From Azolla caroliniana (taxonomy: Eukaryota > Plantae > Polypodiophyta), in NCBI GenBank assembly GCA_043228905.1, contig JBHGNT010000006.1, forward strand, positions 23,196,680 through 23,260,679: a DNA stretch of 64,000 nt, written 5' to 3'. Under the pieces are notes generated by a model. It had not been told where the DNA came from and did not search any database. It was given only the letters and a program-made list of their open reading frames with translations. The translations under genes and the position numbers were made by a program. This document shows, in pieces, positions 24,401 through 35,769 of the stretch. The number at the start of each line of letters is the position of its first letter. Position 1 is the stretch's first letter.

Positions 24401-25681
24401 GACCAAGGGTACTTAGTAGCTCAAGCTTTGAGATCTCGTTGCCATGGTATCGAGAACCTTGCATGGTAAGGATTATTTATAGGTGTCTTTCACTATATTG
24501 CATTTCTTAAGGTTGTTCAATCTATTCTTAACTCGATGTATTATTTTCTATAGGATCAAGAACAATGTAAATAGAGGGCCAACTTTTCGGTTCGTTAATG
24601 CCATTGAATACATAACGGTTGGCTACTTCAATGAAATTAAGAAACAGAGAATCAAGGAGCATTCTAATGAAGTGGGAGGTTCAAATCTGTTGGTATATCC
24701 AGCAGTGACACGGAAATTGCGACATGTCACCACGACAGAACGGGGACTTGTCAACCCATACCAAAAACCTCAACGACTTATGATGCGCTTGATCGAGATG
24801 TTTTCTGTCGAAGGAGACTGGATATTAGATCTCTTTTCTGGCACACGTATTCCTCGAACTAGGGTAACGATCTTGAGATAACCAATCCCTTTTTTTTTCG
24901 TTTGACAACTAAATCTTCTTGTTACTTACATCACAGGAACTATGTCTGCATGTGCATTGAAGCTTTTTAGAAATACAGTTGCATTGGAGAAGGACGAGGA
25001 CCAAGTTATATTTATTAATATGCGGATTAAGGCTTTGTGGGAGTGCCCAGACCAGGATGAGGAGGTCGGTGCAAAGAACCTCGCTAATACAGAAAGGTTT
25101 CAACCTGCTTCGCGAGAGCCTATTCCTCCGTTAGCCGGCGAACCGGGGGAGCTAATAGAGCTTGATGATGAGCTTATAGAAGATATTTCGTTGGCTCGGC
25201 TAACAGAGGAAACCAATGCACGTATAGCCGAAGAGAGTTCTACACAAGATGATGAAGAAAATGACGTTGATGAATTGATTGCTATGTAATAGACTCTATG
25301 AAGAAAATGACACTGACGATTTGTTAGGATTTCACATTATTAATACAAATTTTGGGTTTTACTAGTGGATTCTATTCTTTATAATCTTCTATATGTTTCA
25401 ATTTTATTTTTATATACTTGGTTAGTAGATTTATGACATTGGTTTCACCGCGTGCATAGCTGACTACCAAATTTATGGAGAAACATGAATTAGTTTAAAT
25501 TGAGGTTGATTTTGGTCCAAGCTAACCTTAACAGAACATGGCCCTATAATTGTTGCCATGACTGTCCATGTTGTTATTATGGATCTTTGTCTTCTATTGT
25601 TAAAACTATTATGTTTCTATTCCATTGTTGCTTAGATTGTGTAGTGTGTTGATAATGGTTCCAGTTGCGTTATCGTTCGGA

Positions 25682-25960
25682 GTTTGATCCTGTGTGAATC
25701 ACCTAAGCAATAGAGTAGATCAATTTTAAATAAAGGTATGAAAGCCTAATAGGTTTGTTATTTCCACGACATTATCCTAAAGTTCACTGCCTTACATTGT
25801 CCACAATTATATACATATGGTTTGATCCCATATGAACAAACTGAGGAATAGATTAGATTAACTTTAAATACAAGTATTGAATACTTTAATAAGTTAGTTA
25901 TTCCAATCACTTATCCTAATGTGCACTATCCTACATTTTCCACAATTACATACATGCACG
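25682..25960. repeat. Diverged tandem duplication (about 138-bp period) in the right arm of the DNA transposon
   Basis: gtttgatcc...aatag..tagat...ttatcctaa...ccacaatta.atacat starts at about 25682 and about 25820. Confidence 0.6.
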
Positions 25961-28900
25961 TATGGGTCAAAGTATAAATTATAACTCATTTTATTAGTAT
26001 GGATACAAGTACACCTGATATTTTTGTAAAACTTACCTAATTAATATAAGTCTTTAAGTTAGTGTTTCCCTTGTCGCACAGTAGTGACATATTGAGCCAT
26101 AGTTGAACTTTATTATGCCTACATTAACTTATCAACGTGTCTAAACTTGCATGATTTCTAATGATCTCCACTCGTAGATCTATCATGTATTTTTATATTT
26201 GCAAATTCTCATCAAGTTGAGGAACATGTGATACTAGTGCATCCAATTTTTGTAGAGAGGGTGTATTTGCTTCGTTTTAAGAAGATTCTACAAGTGGAAT
26301 GCGCAATCCTTCCACTTGTGAACGCGAACGTGTTGTATGATCTCTCAAAGGATGACACATGTTTATTAGTAAGTGACTGAGATGAGGATGCTTGGTATTT
26401 TGAGAGTAGTGTTCCTAGGCACAAAACCTCTTTCAAAATTTTCCTTGTCACACTTCAAAATTATGCTTCTTACATCATCAAACGAATGGTCAAGTTCATA
26501 TTATAATAGCCAAATGGGACGTGATCCCCTTGAACAATGTTCGTCATAACCATTGCATTAAGAAAAACCTTCTTTGAGTTTCAACGATTGGTATCCATGG
26601 ATACTCCTTCTATTTTTTCTATTATAAATACACAGTACATTATTCTCTTGACATGTAATTTATTCAACAAGCTTTACAAGCTTGTAATATATCGAAATTT
26701 GATGACGAAAATACAAAGTACTTCAAAGCTAAGGCATGCTCTATTTGTCCATTTAGACGTCAACAACCTTACATAAGTTAGTAAGCATGATATTGTATGC
26801 AATATTCCTTTCATTAATGTACCATCTAATCATGTTTCTCATGTTTTATTCTAGGAAAGATGCATAGATTTTGGTCTCCACAAGATGCACATGTTTTCGC
26901 AATACTAAAGCTATAAATTGTACATAGTGACGAATGTGGTCCAATGCAAACACCATCAATTGCATGTTACCTTTATTTTCTTACATTCATCAATTATGTT
27001 ACTTGACCCATTTGGGTATGTCCTTTGGAAGAGAAACCCAATGGTTTTCATGCTTCAATGATTTGCTACACATGATTGACAATCTCAATGGTCACAAACT
27101 CACTACTCTTCACACCAATAGAGTTGTAAGTACATTTCTCAAGAGCTTAATGCTTTCGTGAAGAATTGATGTATTATCGATAAGTACATAATGACATATA
27201 CACCTCAACAAAACGATTTGGTTGAGAGAAAGAATAGATCTCTCATGGAGGTGGCAAGATGCATGTTCAATGGTAAGACCGTACCTCAAAAGCTTTTGTT
27301 GGAAGTTGTAATGTGCGCAATCTATGTTTTAAATAGATGCCCCTCAAAAGTGCTTAAAATTATCACTCTATATGAGGTTAGAATGACCACATGAGAATAA
27401 ACTTAAATAAAAAACAACAAAATGCATTTTTGATGTCCTCAACAAAGATTCAGTTGTTTCAACCCACTATCAAAATATCATCATTCGTCAGAATGTAATA
27501 TTTCCTCTAAGCAAGCAAGGAAAGTCCATAAATGACTTATTAATGTAGTTATGGTTAACAAAATCATATTTCCTCTACAAGATAAAACTTGGTTAGCCAA
27601 CCAACAAGCTAAATTGCATTGTGTGCATCATGTTTTTATCGTTGAAATTTCTAATGTGGAGCCACTCTCTCTCGGCAATGCATTAGCGCATGACCATTGG
27701 GTTGAAGCCATGAAATCAAACCTTGAGTTCGTCAACAACAAGAACACTTGGAATTTATGTGATCTACCTCAAGGTAGGAAAGCACTTACCACCAAGTGGA
27801 TTTACAATGTCAACAATAATGTGGAAGGTAGCCTTGATCATTTGAAAGGAATACTTCTAGCAAAATGTTGCTCCCCAAAAGAGGGGATAGAATTTTATTA
27901 AAGCTTTTCCCCTCTTCAAGGATTACCACATTCAAAGTTATAATTGTTACAACCGCAAATAAAGGATGGAAAGTCCACCAATTGGACATTAAAAACACCT
28001 TAAATCAAGATTAAGAAGAAGAATTTTGTGTAACTAAACCTTATGGAAGGTGTTGAAATTAAATTTACATGATACTTTAATGTTTGTATGGATTGAAACA
28101 AGCACCTTGAGTGGGAAATGCACAGATAAATGCTCATCTTCTTCAACTTGTTTTGAACAAGTAAACCAAAAGCACTACCTATGTCTGAAAGGATGGACAA
28201 AAAATATTAATTGTTGAGTGTTATATTGATGAATAGGAATTATTGATTTCAAAGTTGATGTTAGTAAGAGATTTGAACTTGCAAATCATGATCATCTAAA
28301 CTACTACCTCAATATTCAATTCATTATCATTGAGGGGGGAATTTTCTTAAGTCAAGGAAAGTACATTGAGAAGCTCCTACGTTGATTCAAGTTTGAAGAG
28401 TGCAATCCAATGTCCATTTCTATAGGATAGGTTTCAAATTATGATATCCAGACCAAGAAGAACAAAACGATGTAGTCCTATACCAACAACTTGTACGTTG
28501 TGTGCTATTTTTGTGCAAAAATGTGATCAATCATTTAATATGTAATTTTGCAATTAAGAAAGTTTATGCACAACCCCAGAACAAATCATTGTCAAGCAAC
28601 CAAGTGGGTTTTCTATTACCTCAAAGGCACTATGGATTTCAACTTCTTCTATAGACAAGGAGATTCATCAATTCTAACAACATTCCCTAATAGTGATTGA
28701 GCTAGTTGTGACAACAGTGGTGTCTCAAATAGTGCCAATTGTTTCGTGAATGGGAATTCCTATGTTTATGAGTTCAGCAAGAAGCAACCAACAGGGATGG
28801 TGTCTGAGTTGAAGAATCTAAATTTGTATACAACATAAAGGAATATAATTAGTAGAAAACTTAGTTCCCTGACTAATTCTAAGAGTATTGTGAAAGGTGG

Positions 28901-31321
28901 AAAAACATGTTCTAGAATGTCAGGGTTGTTGGACAAAGCAAACTTGGCTCATTCTCTTTAACTTGTGGATTTAAATGTGCCATTTTCATATCTACAAGAG
29001 TTATGCACATTCTAATTTATCAAGATGGATTTTATTTATGGATTTGTACAATTACATTTTATATTTAGGTTCTTTTTCATATCAAATAGATGGCCTCTTT
29101 AGTTCATCTATGCATGGACATGTTTCACGCAAGGAAGAGGCTATAAAAAGGGGTTCCTAGTTTACTTTTTCACTTTATTTTCTTGGAATAGATTATATCT
29201 TATGTGATTGTGGACGTCGGGGAATTCTAGCGCTTCTAGTGTTTTAAAGGAAAGAATCCTCATTGCCCTATGTCCACTAAAGTGACTCATTGCTCTTGTG
29301 GAATACACCAAGGAAGGTTTAGGAGTGGAGGAGAGGAGAACAGCTCCACTCCATTGTTGATTGTGAGGGAGTGAAGCTTGTATCTCTTTATTTATAACTG
29401 CATAAACTATTTGTTTGATGACACACAGTTTATGGTGGGGTTCCTACAATAGTAATTTCTTGAGAGACATTGAACGAGCACGAGAGAGAAAGCGTCATGG
29501 ATTGAGAGAGACAAATTTGGTTTGGAAGTTAGAGAACGAACAAGAAAGTGACAAACAATTGAGAGCATAAGAGGTAGAGAGACTTAATGAAAGCAAATGA
29601 TTGACCAAATCTATTGTGAGATCGTTATTGGCCACAATTGATACTCGTTTGTATATTCAAGTGTAGCAAAACAAGCAAGATGGTACTCAGACAAGAAAAC
29701 GAAGAACAGAAGACTGAAAAAAATGAGAAGACACAGAGACACACGATTTTTCTTGGAAAATCCGAAAGGGAAAAACCATAGGGGTCCACAAACCCCAAGA
29801 AACAAATCACTATGAGGTACTGAGAGGAGTACAAGGAGACTCGGACGCAACAACCTTGAGCTTCTCTTCTTCTAACAAACGACGGCTAAGTTACAACTCA
29901 CACACTCTCTCTCTCACTAGTTATAGAGGCAACTAACTTCAGTGTAACTTTACAAAAAGAACTCATCCACACATAATGATTTCCCTAGGTGTATATATAC
30001 TAGTATACAATATGGGCTATTTACAACTATGGCCCACTAAGGGCATATTTAGACTATTTACACATATAGTCTCTTGAGTCGGCGACATAATCGATTTTGA
30101 TTTCCGTTTCGGACTCGGCCGAATTACTCATCAACTCGGCTCTTCTCTTCCCATCCGGAGGGACCTATTTCCTAACAAACTCCCCCTTCACTCCGGCATG
30201 GGGTGCTCTATCAATTTGACTCTCTATCAACACGCATTTAGCTTCTTGGTTGACAACACTTTCGTCAGCATGTCCGATCCATTCTCAATCGTGTGGATCT
30301 TTATCAAAGCAAAGTCTTTCTCTTCTACCCGTTCTCGGAGCCAATGGTATCTCCTCTAGATGTGCTTGGTCCTCGAGTGGTAGGTGGCATTCTTGGTAAG
30401 GTGGATGGCACTCTAGTTATTGCAATGGAGTCGGAATTCCTCTTGCCGAATTCCCAACTCTCCGATGAACTCCCTCATCCAAATTATTTCCTTGTTGGCT
30501 TGCACTATGGCCATATACTCAACTTCCGTGGTTGACAACACCACGGCTTTCTACAGCCTCGATTCCCACAAGAGAGCTCCCCCTATATACATCATTACGT
30601 ATCTGGATGTGGGTCAGCTGGTATCTCCAACAACCGACATGTCCGAATGCGTGTAACCTTCTAATGTGGGGTAACTTGAGCCAAATCGAAGACACACGCT
30701 CGAGGAGCCTCTCAGGTACCGAAGTATCCAATTCACAACAGCCCAATGCTCTCTTCCAAGATTGCTCATATATCAGCTGACCACCACGACTGCGTATAAC
30801 ATGTTCGCGTTCACAAGTGGAAAGATCATGTAAAACTGGAAGGATAAGGAATATTCCGTTTGATTTTGGGGTTTATATACCCATTTCACAAAACACAATG
30901 ATACTAGTATCAGACGTTCTCAAAAATTCGTTGGAAAAGCTTAAAAATCCACAATTTCATAAAGTTGGAAAGTCATAAAATTTAGGCCCTGATCCAATAG
31001 TTACAATGTGTATGTCCTCAAAAAAACAACAAGTAATGTTTTTTTTAACAAAAAATCTTCATACGAAGCTACAGATTTCAAAACATAACCTTTATGTCAT
31101 TCGAGTATTACAAACGGAATTTTATGACAATTTGATGCCAAAATTGCATTCAAGAGTTTAGGGTTTACTCAAATCACTACTATAACTAATATACAAGGCT
31201 GATTGTTCGTCGTCATCTTCAAATGTACCTATTAAAGCATAGTCTTCATCTGAAACCTGTGGCATGATTCTAAATTATGTGTTGATAACTTTACAGACTG
31301 CATTTGATTTTGGTTATCATG

Positions 31322-31829
31322 TGTCAGCCGCCTAAGTCAGCCAAGTGGGAAAAGGCAGAAGAAAGGGAAGACGTAGGGGCAGAAGGAGTGGTAGCATAAT
31401 TATGAAGTCGTAGGTATAAAATGAAGCATTTTTTAATGCCCGTAACAGTTCACACTCCAAGCGTAACCGACCATGACCCTGTATCTATAAAGGGCATGCG
31501 AAACTTGTAAAATCTAGGGTAGTTTTTGGTAATCTCTGAAATATAGTAGTGTTGTTCCGAATCATTGTGTTCTGTGTTTTCTTCATTAGAGTATTCTCTG
31601 TGCGAGATAAATCATCTAAGCGTGTCTGTGTAAAGGTTACACATTGAGTGAAGGAGGTCGGTTGTAGCCGTCTCCCTAATTCCCTTTCCCCTAATCTTAC
31701 ACCACGCTATGTATTACCCGCACAACCATCCGTGGTAGCCGACATAGCTCTCCATTTCCTACACCCCAATCATCTTGAGCCATACCTAGAAGGACTGAGG
31801 GTAGGCCGTGTTTACACTAGTCGGTAACA
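31322..31829 (+). mobile_element. Solo LTR inserted in DNA transposon copy 2
   Basis: TG...CA ends, TSD TCATG on both sides, TATA-like tataaaggg. Similar to the LTR ending at 55294. Confidence 0.85.
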
Positions 31830-32424
31830 TCATGCATCACCACATCGAAAACCTTACCAATCCAAAATTGGTGCCCTAGCTCATTATCATCAACAGGTGT
31901 AGCAATTAACATTCCCACCTTGTGTTCTTGCAAGTTTCCTTGCCACCTAGCTTCAACGACTTTTGTCATCAGTGATCCAACATAAATGTCTCATTGTTGT
32001 GGATGGAGCAAGCTGTCATTAATCGCATTAGGTGTAGGAAGACGAGTTTGAGAATCATGAGAGTGTTGTATACATCACATAAACGGGATTTGCATGGTTC
32101 AGATATCGACAATACAATTATCAACAATTTCTTCTTGATCATTAAAGAACACATTCGAACATGAGGTATCTTGTTCTCCAACATTACTGCACATGCTAAA
32201 TTAACCTATTAATTAGTAATAAGTAAAAAATAAAACTAACTATAGTTATGCTTAACTAACCTTATTTAACTAACCTATTAATTAGTAACAAGTAAAAAAG
32301 AAAACTAAACCTGTCGAGCAAACAGGCATCTTAGACCGACTCCAGGTAAACCTAAACCCTAAAATGTACGGACATTTTGTTTCTAAACCCTAAACTATAT
32401 CGAGTAATTGCAAGGCAAGGCAAT

Positions 32425-33195
32425 AACTTGATACAATGTATCAAGTTGAAAAATCAACTAGATACATTGTATTGAGTTTAAAGCCCCATGATCCTCAACT
32501 TGATAAATATATCAAGTTGGAAAGTCAGCTCGATACAATGTATCTAGTTGACCTTTCAACTCGATACATTTTCCCCCGTTGGAAAGTCAACTAGATACAT
32601 TGTATCTAATTGACCTTCTAACTCAATACATTTTATCCCGTTTGAAGGTCAACTCGATACAATGTATAAAGTTGACCTTCCACCTCTATAAAATGTATCG
32701 ACTTGGAAGTCAACTCGATAGAATGTATCGAGTTAACCTTCCAACTTGATACATTGTATCAAATAGAGGCTCTTGGTACTTCAACTCGATACATTGTATC
32801 GAGTTGGTGCACCTAGGAGCCTTAACTCGATACAATGTATCGAGTTAGGTCTCCTATGAGCCTCAACTCGATACATTGTATCGGGTTGGAGTTCAAACAC
32901 GATATATTGCATCAAGTTGGAAGGTGAACTCGATACATTGTATCGAGTTGGTGCACCTAGGAGCCCTAACTTGATACGATGTATCGAGTTGACTTTCCAA
33001 CTCAATACAATGTACCGAGTTGGAGTCCTAACTCAATACAATGTGGTGAGTAGGAGTCCCAACTCACTACATTGTATCGAGTTGAGGCTGATGGGACTTG
33101 AACTCAATACAATGAATTGAATTGTAGTCCTAACTCCATACGTTGTAATGAGTTGAGGCTCCTCGGTGCACCAACTCGGTACCATGTATCAAGTT
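32425..33195. repeat. Array of about 23 palindromic 23-mers (AACTCGATAC-AWT-GTATCGAGTT), 31/41-bp phasing
   Basis: Unit starts: 32425, 32456, 32497, 32527, 32558, 32589, 32620, 32651, 32682, 32712, 32743, 32783, 32824, 32865, 32896, 32927, 32968, 32999, 33030, 33061, 33101, 33132, 33173. Confidence 0.95.
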
Positions 33196-33379
33196 TCCAT
33201 TGCATATGAGCTACTTTTTATATATAATGTATGGAAGTGAGTTATTCATGGACAAAACCAAGGGTTTTGTAGTCGTTAGTTGTATTTAACTACCAAAAAA
33301 CGTGCAAAACGCTGAAATTAGTCTCAACAAGCTAATTTAAATAGAAACTTTAGAACTCAAAATGAGACATTTTAGATAG

Positions 33380-34190
33380 GTTTGTGATTCACAGATGATG
33401 CTGAAGTATAGCTTTTATGGACGAGAGACCGATTAAAAAAATTTGAATCAAATATCAAAGCTCACCCATTAAGAGCACCCAAATCCCTATCATCACCTAT
33501 TCCCAAAAAGGAAAAAAACTATTATTTGACGATGTTATTGTTGGGCAGCCTTTTGACAAGGTTAGTCAGAAGAAAATTGTGGCTACAGTAGGAGGGAAAC
33601 TCTTGTAGATAGAGATATGAATGACTATGAGTGGGCCATGACTATGAGTGGGATTTGTCAATCCCTATTCGAAGTCTCAACGTCTGAAGACAGACCTAGT
33701 GGAAATGTTCGCTAATGAAGATGATTGGATATTAGATTTGTTTTCAATTCATTGTCCCAATTGCTTGATGAAACAAATTGCATTCTTGAACTGTTATGTG
33801 AATCATTCCTATTTTTTAATAGATGGTGAGTATTACATCTATGTGCGTGTTGGAACTTTTCTGCAATTCTATTGCATTGGAGAAGGATGAGGAGCAGGTG
33901 ATCTTCATAAATATGAATCTTAGAGCACTATGGGAATGCCCCAATCAAGACGAGGAGGTAGGGACGAAACATGTAGCAAATACAAAATGTTTTTAGCCTG
34001 CCACCCATGAGCCCATTCGTCCACTAGTTGGTGAACCGGGGGAGCTTATAGACCTTGAAGATGAGCTATTAGAGAACCCCACGGTTGCCAGTCTATCTAG
34101 AGTGGATATGAGTGCACACAATATCAAGGATAGTTCACCCAAGGAAGACGAAGACAATGACGTAGATACCCTCATCGCTATGTACACCAT
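33380..34190 (+). pseudogene. Deleted remnant of the ParB-MTase gene in copy 2
   Basis: VSQKKIVATVGG..DRDMNDYEWAM matches the start of copy 1 exon 2. It is fused to GFVNPYSKSQRL...DDWILDLFS and EKDEEQVIFINMNLRALWECPNQDEEVG...GEPGELIDLEDEL. Confidence 0.85.
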
Positions 34191-35769
34191 TTTTATCTTG
34201 ATACAATTGATGTAGTTGTCACAAATGTGTTGCTTTTAATTAAATATTTACTATTTTTTAAGGTTCTATCTTATCAATGTGGTCCTATAGATGTTTGTTG
34301 TAATGTTTGAATTATTTGTATTATATGGTGTTTAATGTTTGAATTATTCGGTTGATGTGATTTTTTTTGTTGCATAATCTTATTATTAATTGTAGATTAT
34401 GTTTTGGTTTATATTCATTCTTTATAGCATTAGTCAATCTACATCCATTGAAACATTTATTTATTTGTAGAGTGTATAATGTTCGAATTATATGTATATG
34501 TGCTTTATCTTTGTCACACAATCTGATTATTATTTGCACATGAGTGTATATTCATTCATTACAGCATAAATCTATATGCATTTGCTAAAAATTTATTCCA
34601 TATTCATCAATGAAACATTGCGTCATATTTATCCACCAATCGGGTGCATAATCCCTAAACACGTTTCATTTACTATCATTCACATTTTGAATTAAAGCGT
34701 ACTTTTATAAACAATTAAAATGTTACAATTTTATTTTCTCTCTTATTTTGAAATATTGCAAGTAGTTGGATTTGAATATAGATTAATAGCCATGTGTCCA
34801 TTTAGGGTTTCCAATTAACAATCCATGGTTGTAGGTGTTCTCATTCCTTGGTATGTATAGCTATTTATGGGTGTTCTCCAAATATCATGAGTACTCCTTT
34901 GTATGTTTGGGTGTGTCCTCTTGCTTTGGGGTTTATGGGTGTCTCTTCCTATACACATTTCTTATTTACCGTTGACAATTGAATGTCGTCTCTAGTTTGG
35001 CTCCCAATTATTTAGCATGTTTATGGCTGAATAGGTGTCATACATGTTTGATTGTATCTATTTTATGATAAACACTACCAAAATGAATATTTCTCAATAC
35101 TTATATGGATAATTTGCTTGGGTTCTCACAAACATATACCTTCGGTATTATATCCTACAAGATCCCTTAAGGATAAATTTGAATCAATTGTAATCACTAA
35201 TGTATAGATATCACTTCCTCCTCTAGCATATACACCTATATGGGATAGATAAACTCGCATAAGAACTTTCGGATCCCAGCTTACAAAAAACCAAAATCTA
35301 GTTAAATAATATTGCTCCAATCATTAACTAGTGTCAGATGAGACCCCGCCATTGTGATATTCTTAAAATTAAATGCATTGTGGAAGTGGCAATCATCGAC
35401 TTTAAATATTTAGAGACTTGTTACAGATTAATAATTTAGCAAATTCTATATAGGTCGTTGATCATGTGATACTGGTGCACCCAATATTTCACAATAGTCG
35501 AAATTTGTATTATTACATCTAAAAGTAGAATGCGCGATCCTTCCACTTGTGAAAGCGAACGTGTTGTATCCAATGTCCGGCCTGGTACATACCATTGTGT
35601 ACATCAGGTTTCCGACCGTTGAGGCATAAGGGACTTTTGACATCTCGGCGTTCTTGGTTTTCGATTTTGGACATTAAGCTTTGCTTAGCTTGCAATTCGT
35701 CGGTAGTGTCAAGCCGACTGATTTCGCGCTTTCCATGCCGAATCTCTAGAGCACTTTTGCCATGTATGT

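Larger units (their letters stand above)
10234..25289 (+). pseudogene. Transposon-borne ParB/Srx-like domain plus beta-class N6A/N4C DNA methyltransferase; exons 10234-10268, 22065-23700, 23777-23915, 23999-24465, 24554-24846, 24937-25289
   Basis: All five GT-AG introns are phase-compatible. ParB-like region LPITHIHRPP...IREPHRMHVQNLKKKM...FIVMVD...YFVIGGSHSAEARRQL. MTase region CGDV, MIADIPYG (motif IV), WIKNN..EYITVG, NPYQKPQRLMMRLIEMFSVEGDWILDLFSGT|xTMSACALKLFRNTVALEKD (motifs X/I/II). Lesions: +1 frameshift at about 22245, stops at 24008 and 24374. Confidence 0.85.
6944..26334. mobile_element. Sola-like TIR DNA transposon, copy 1 (about 8.3 kb without the nested Copia), carrying a transposase and a ParB-methyltransferase gene
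   Basis: 36-bp TIRs at 6944-6979 and 26299-26334 (AACACGTTCGCGTTCACAAGTGGAAGGATyGCGCAT, 1 mismatch). TSD GTAT at 6940-6943 and 26335-26338. Confidence 0.92.
6400..28800 (+). mobile_element. Old, heavily degenerate Copia element, split by the DNA transposon (own sequence about 6400-6943 and 26339-28800)
   Basis: Protease-like EDAWYFESSVPRH at about 26384, integrase TYTPQQNDLVERKNRSLMEVARCM at 27191, RT WNLCDLPQGRKALTTKWIY at about 27748 and RNase H SKKQPT at about 28776. Boundaries are approximate. Confidence 0.7.
30798..35565. mobile_element. Sola-like TIR DNA transposon, copy 2 (internally deleted, diverged from copy 1)
   Basis: TIRs aacatgttcgcgttcacaagtggaaagatc and gcgcgatccttccacttgtgaaagcgaacgtgtt. 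TSD GTAT at 30794-30797 and 35566-35569. Removing the element restores the host RT peptide RPDIGYAV. Transposase C-terminal remnants at about 31170-32180, MTase remnants at 33380-34190. Confidence 0.92.

Noticed and set aside
22190-25289. Bacterial contamination or prophage as the source of the ParB-MTase
   Set aside because: The gene has spliceosomal introns, lies inside TIR/TSD-bounded elements and is interleaved with plant LTR retrotransposons.
6944-26334. CACTA, hAT or Mutator classification
   Set aside because: The termini are AACAC with a 4-bp TSD, not CACTA/3 bp, 8 bp or 9-11 bp, and the catalytic motifs do not match those families.
32345-32395. Telomere-like aaaccctaa motifs
   Set aside because: Only 2-3 scattered units, so at most telo-box motifs and not a telomeric array.
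32425-33195. CRISPR array
   Set aside because: Spacers are only 8 or 17-18 bp and are themselves repeated. There are no cas genes, and the context is a eukaryotic intron.
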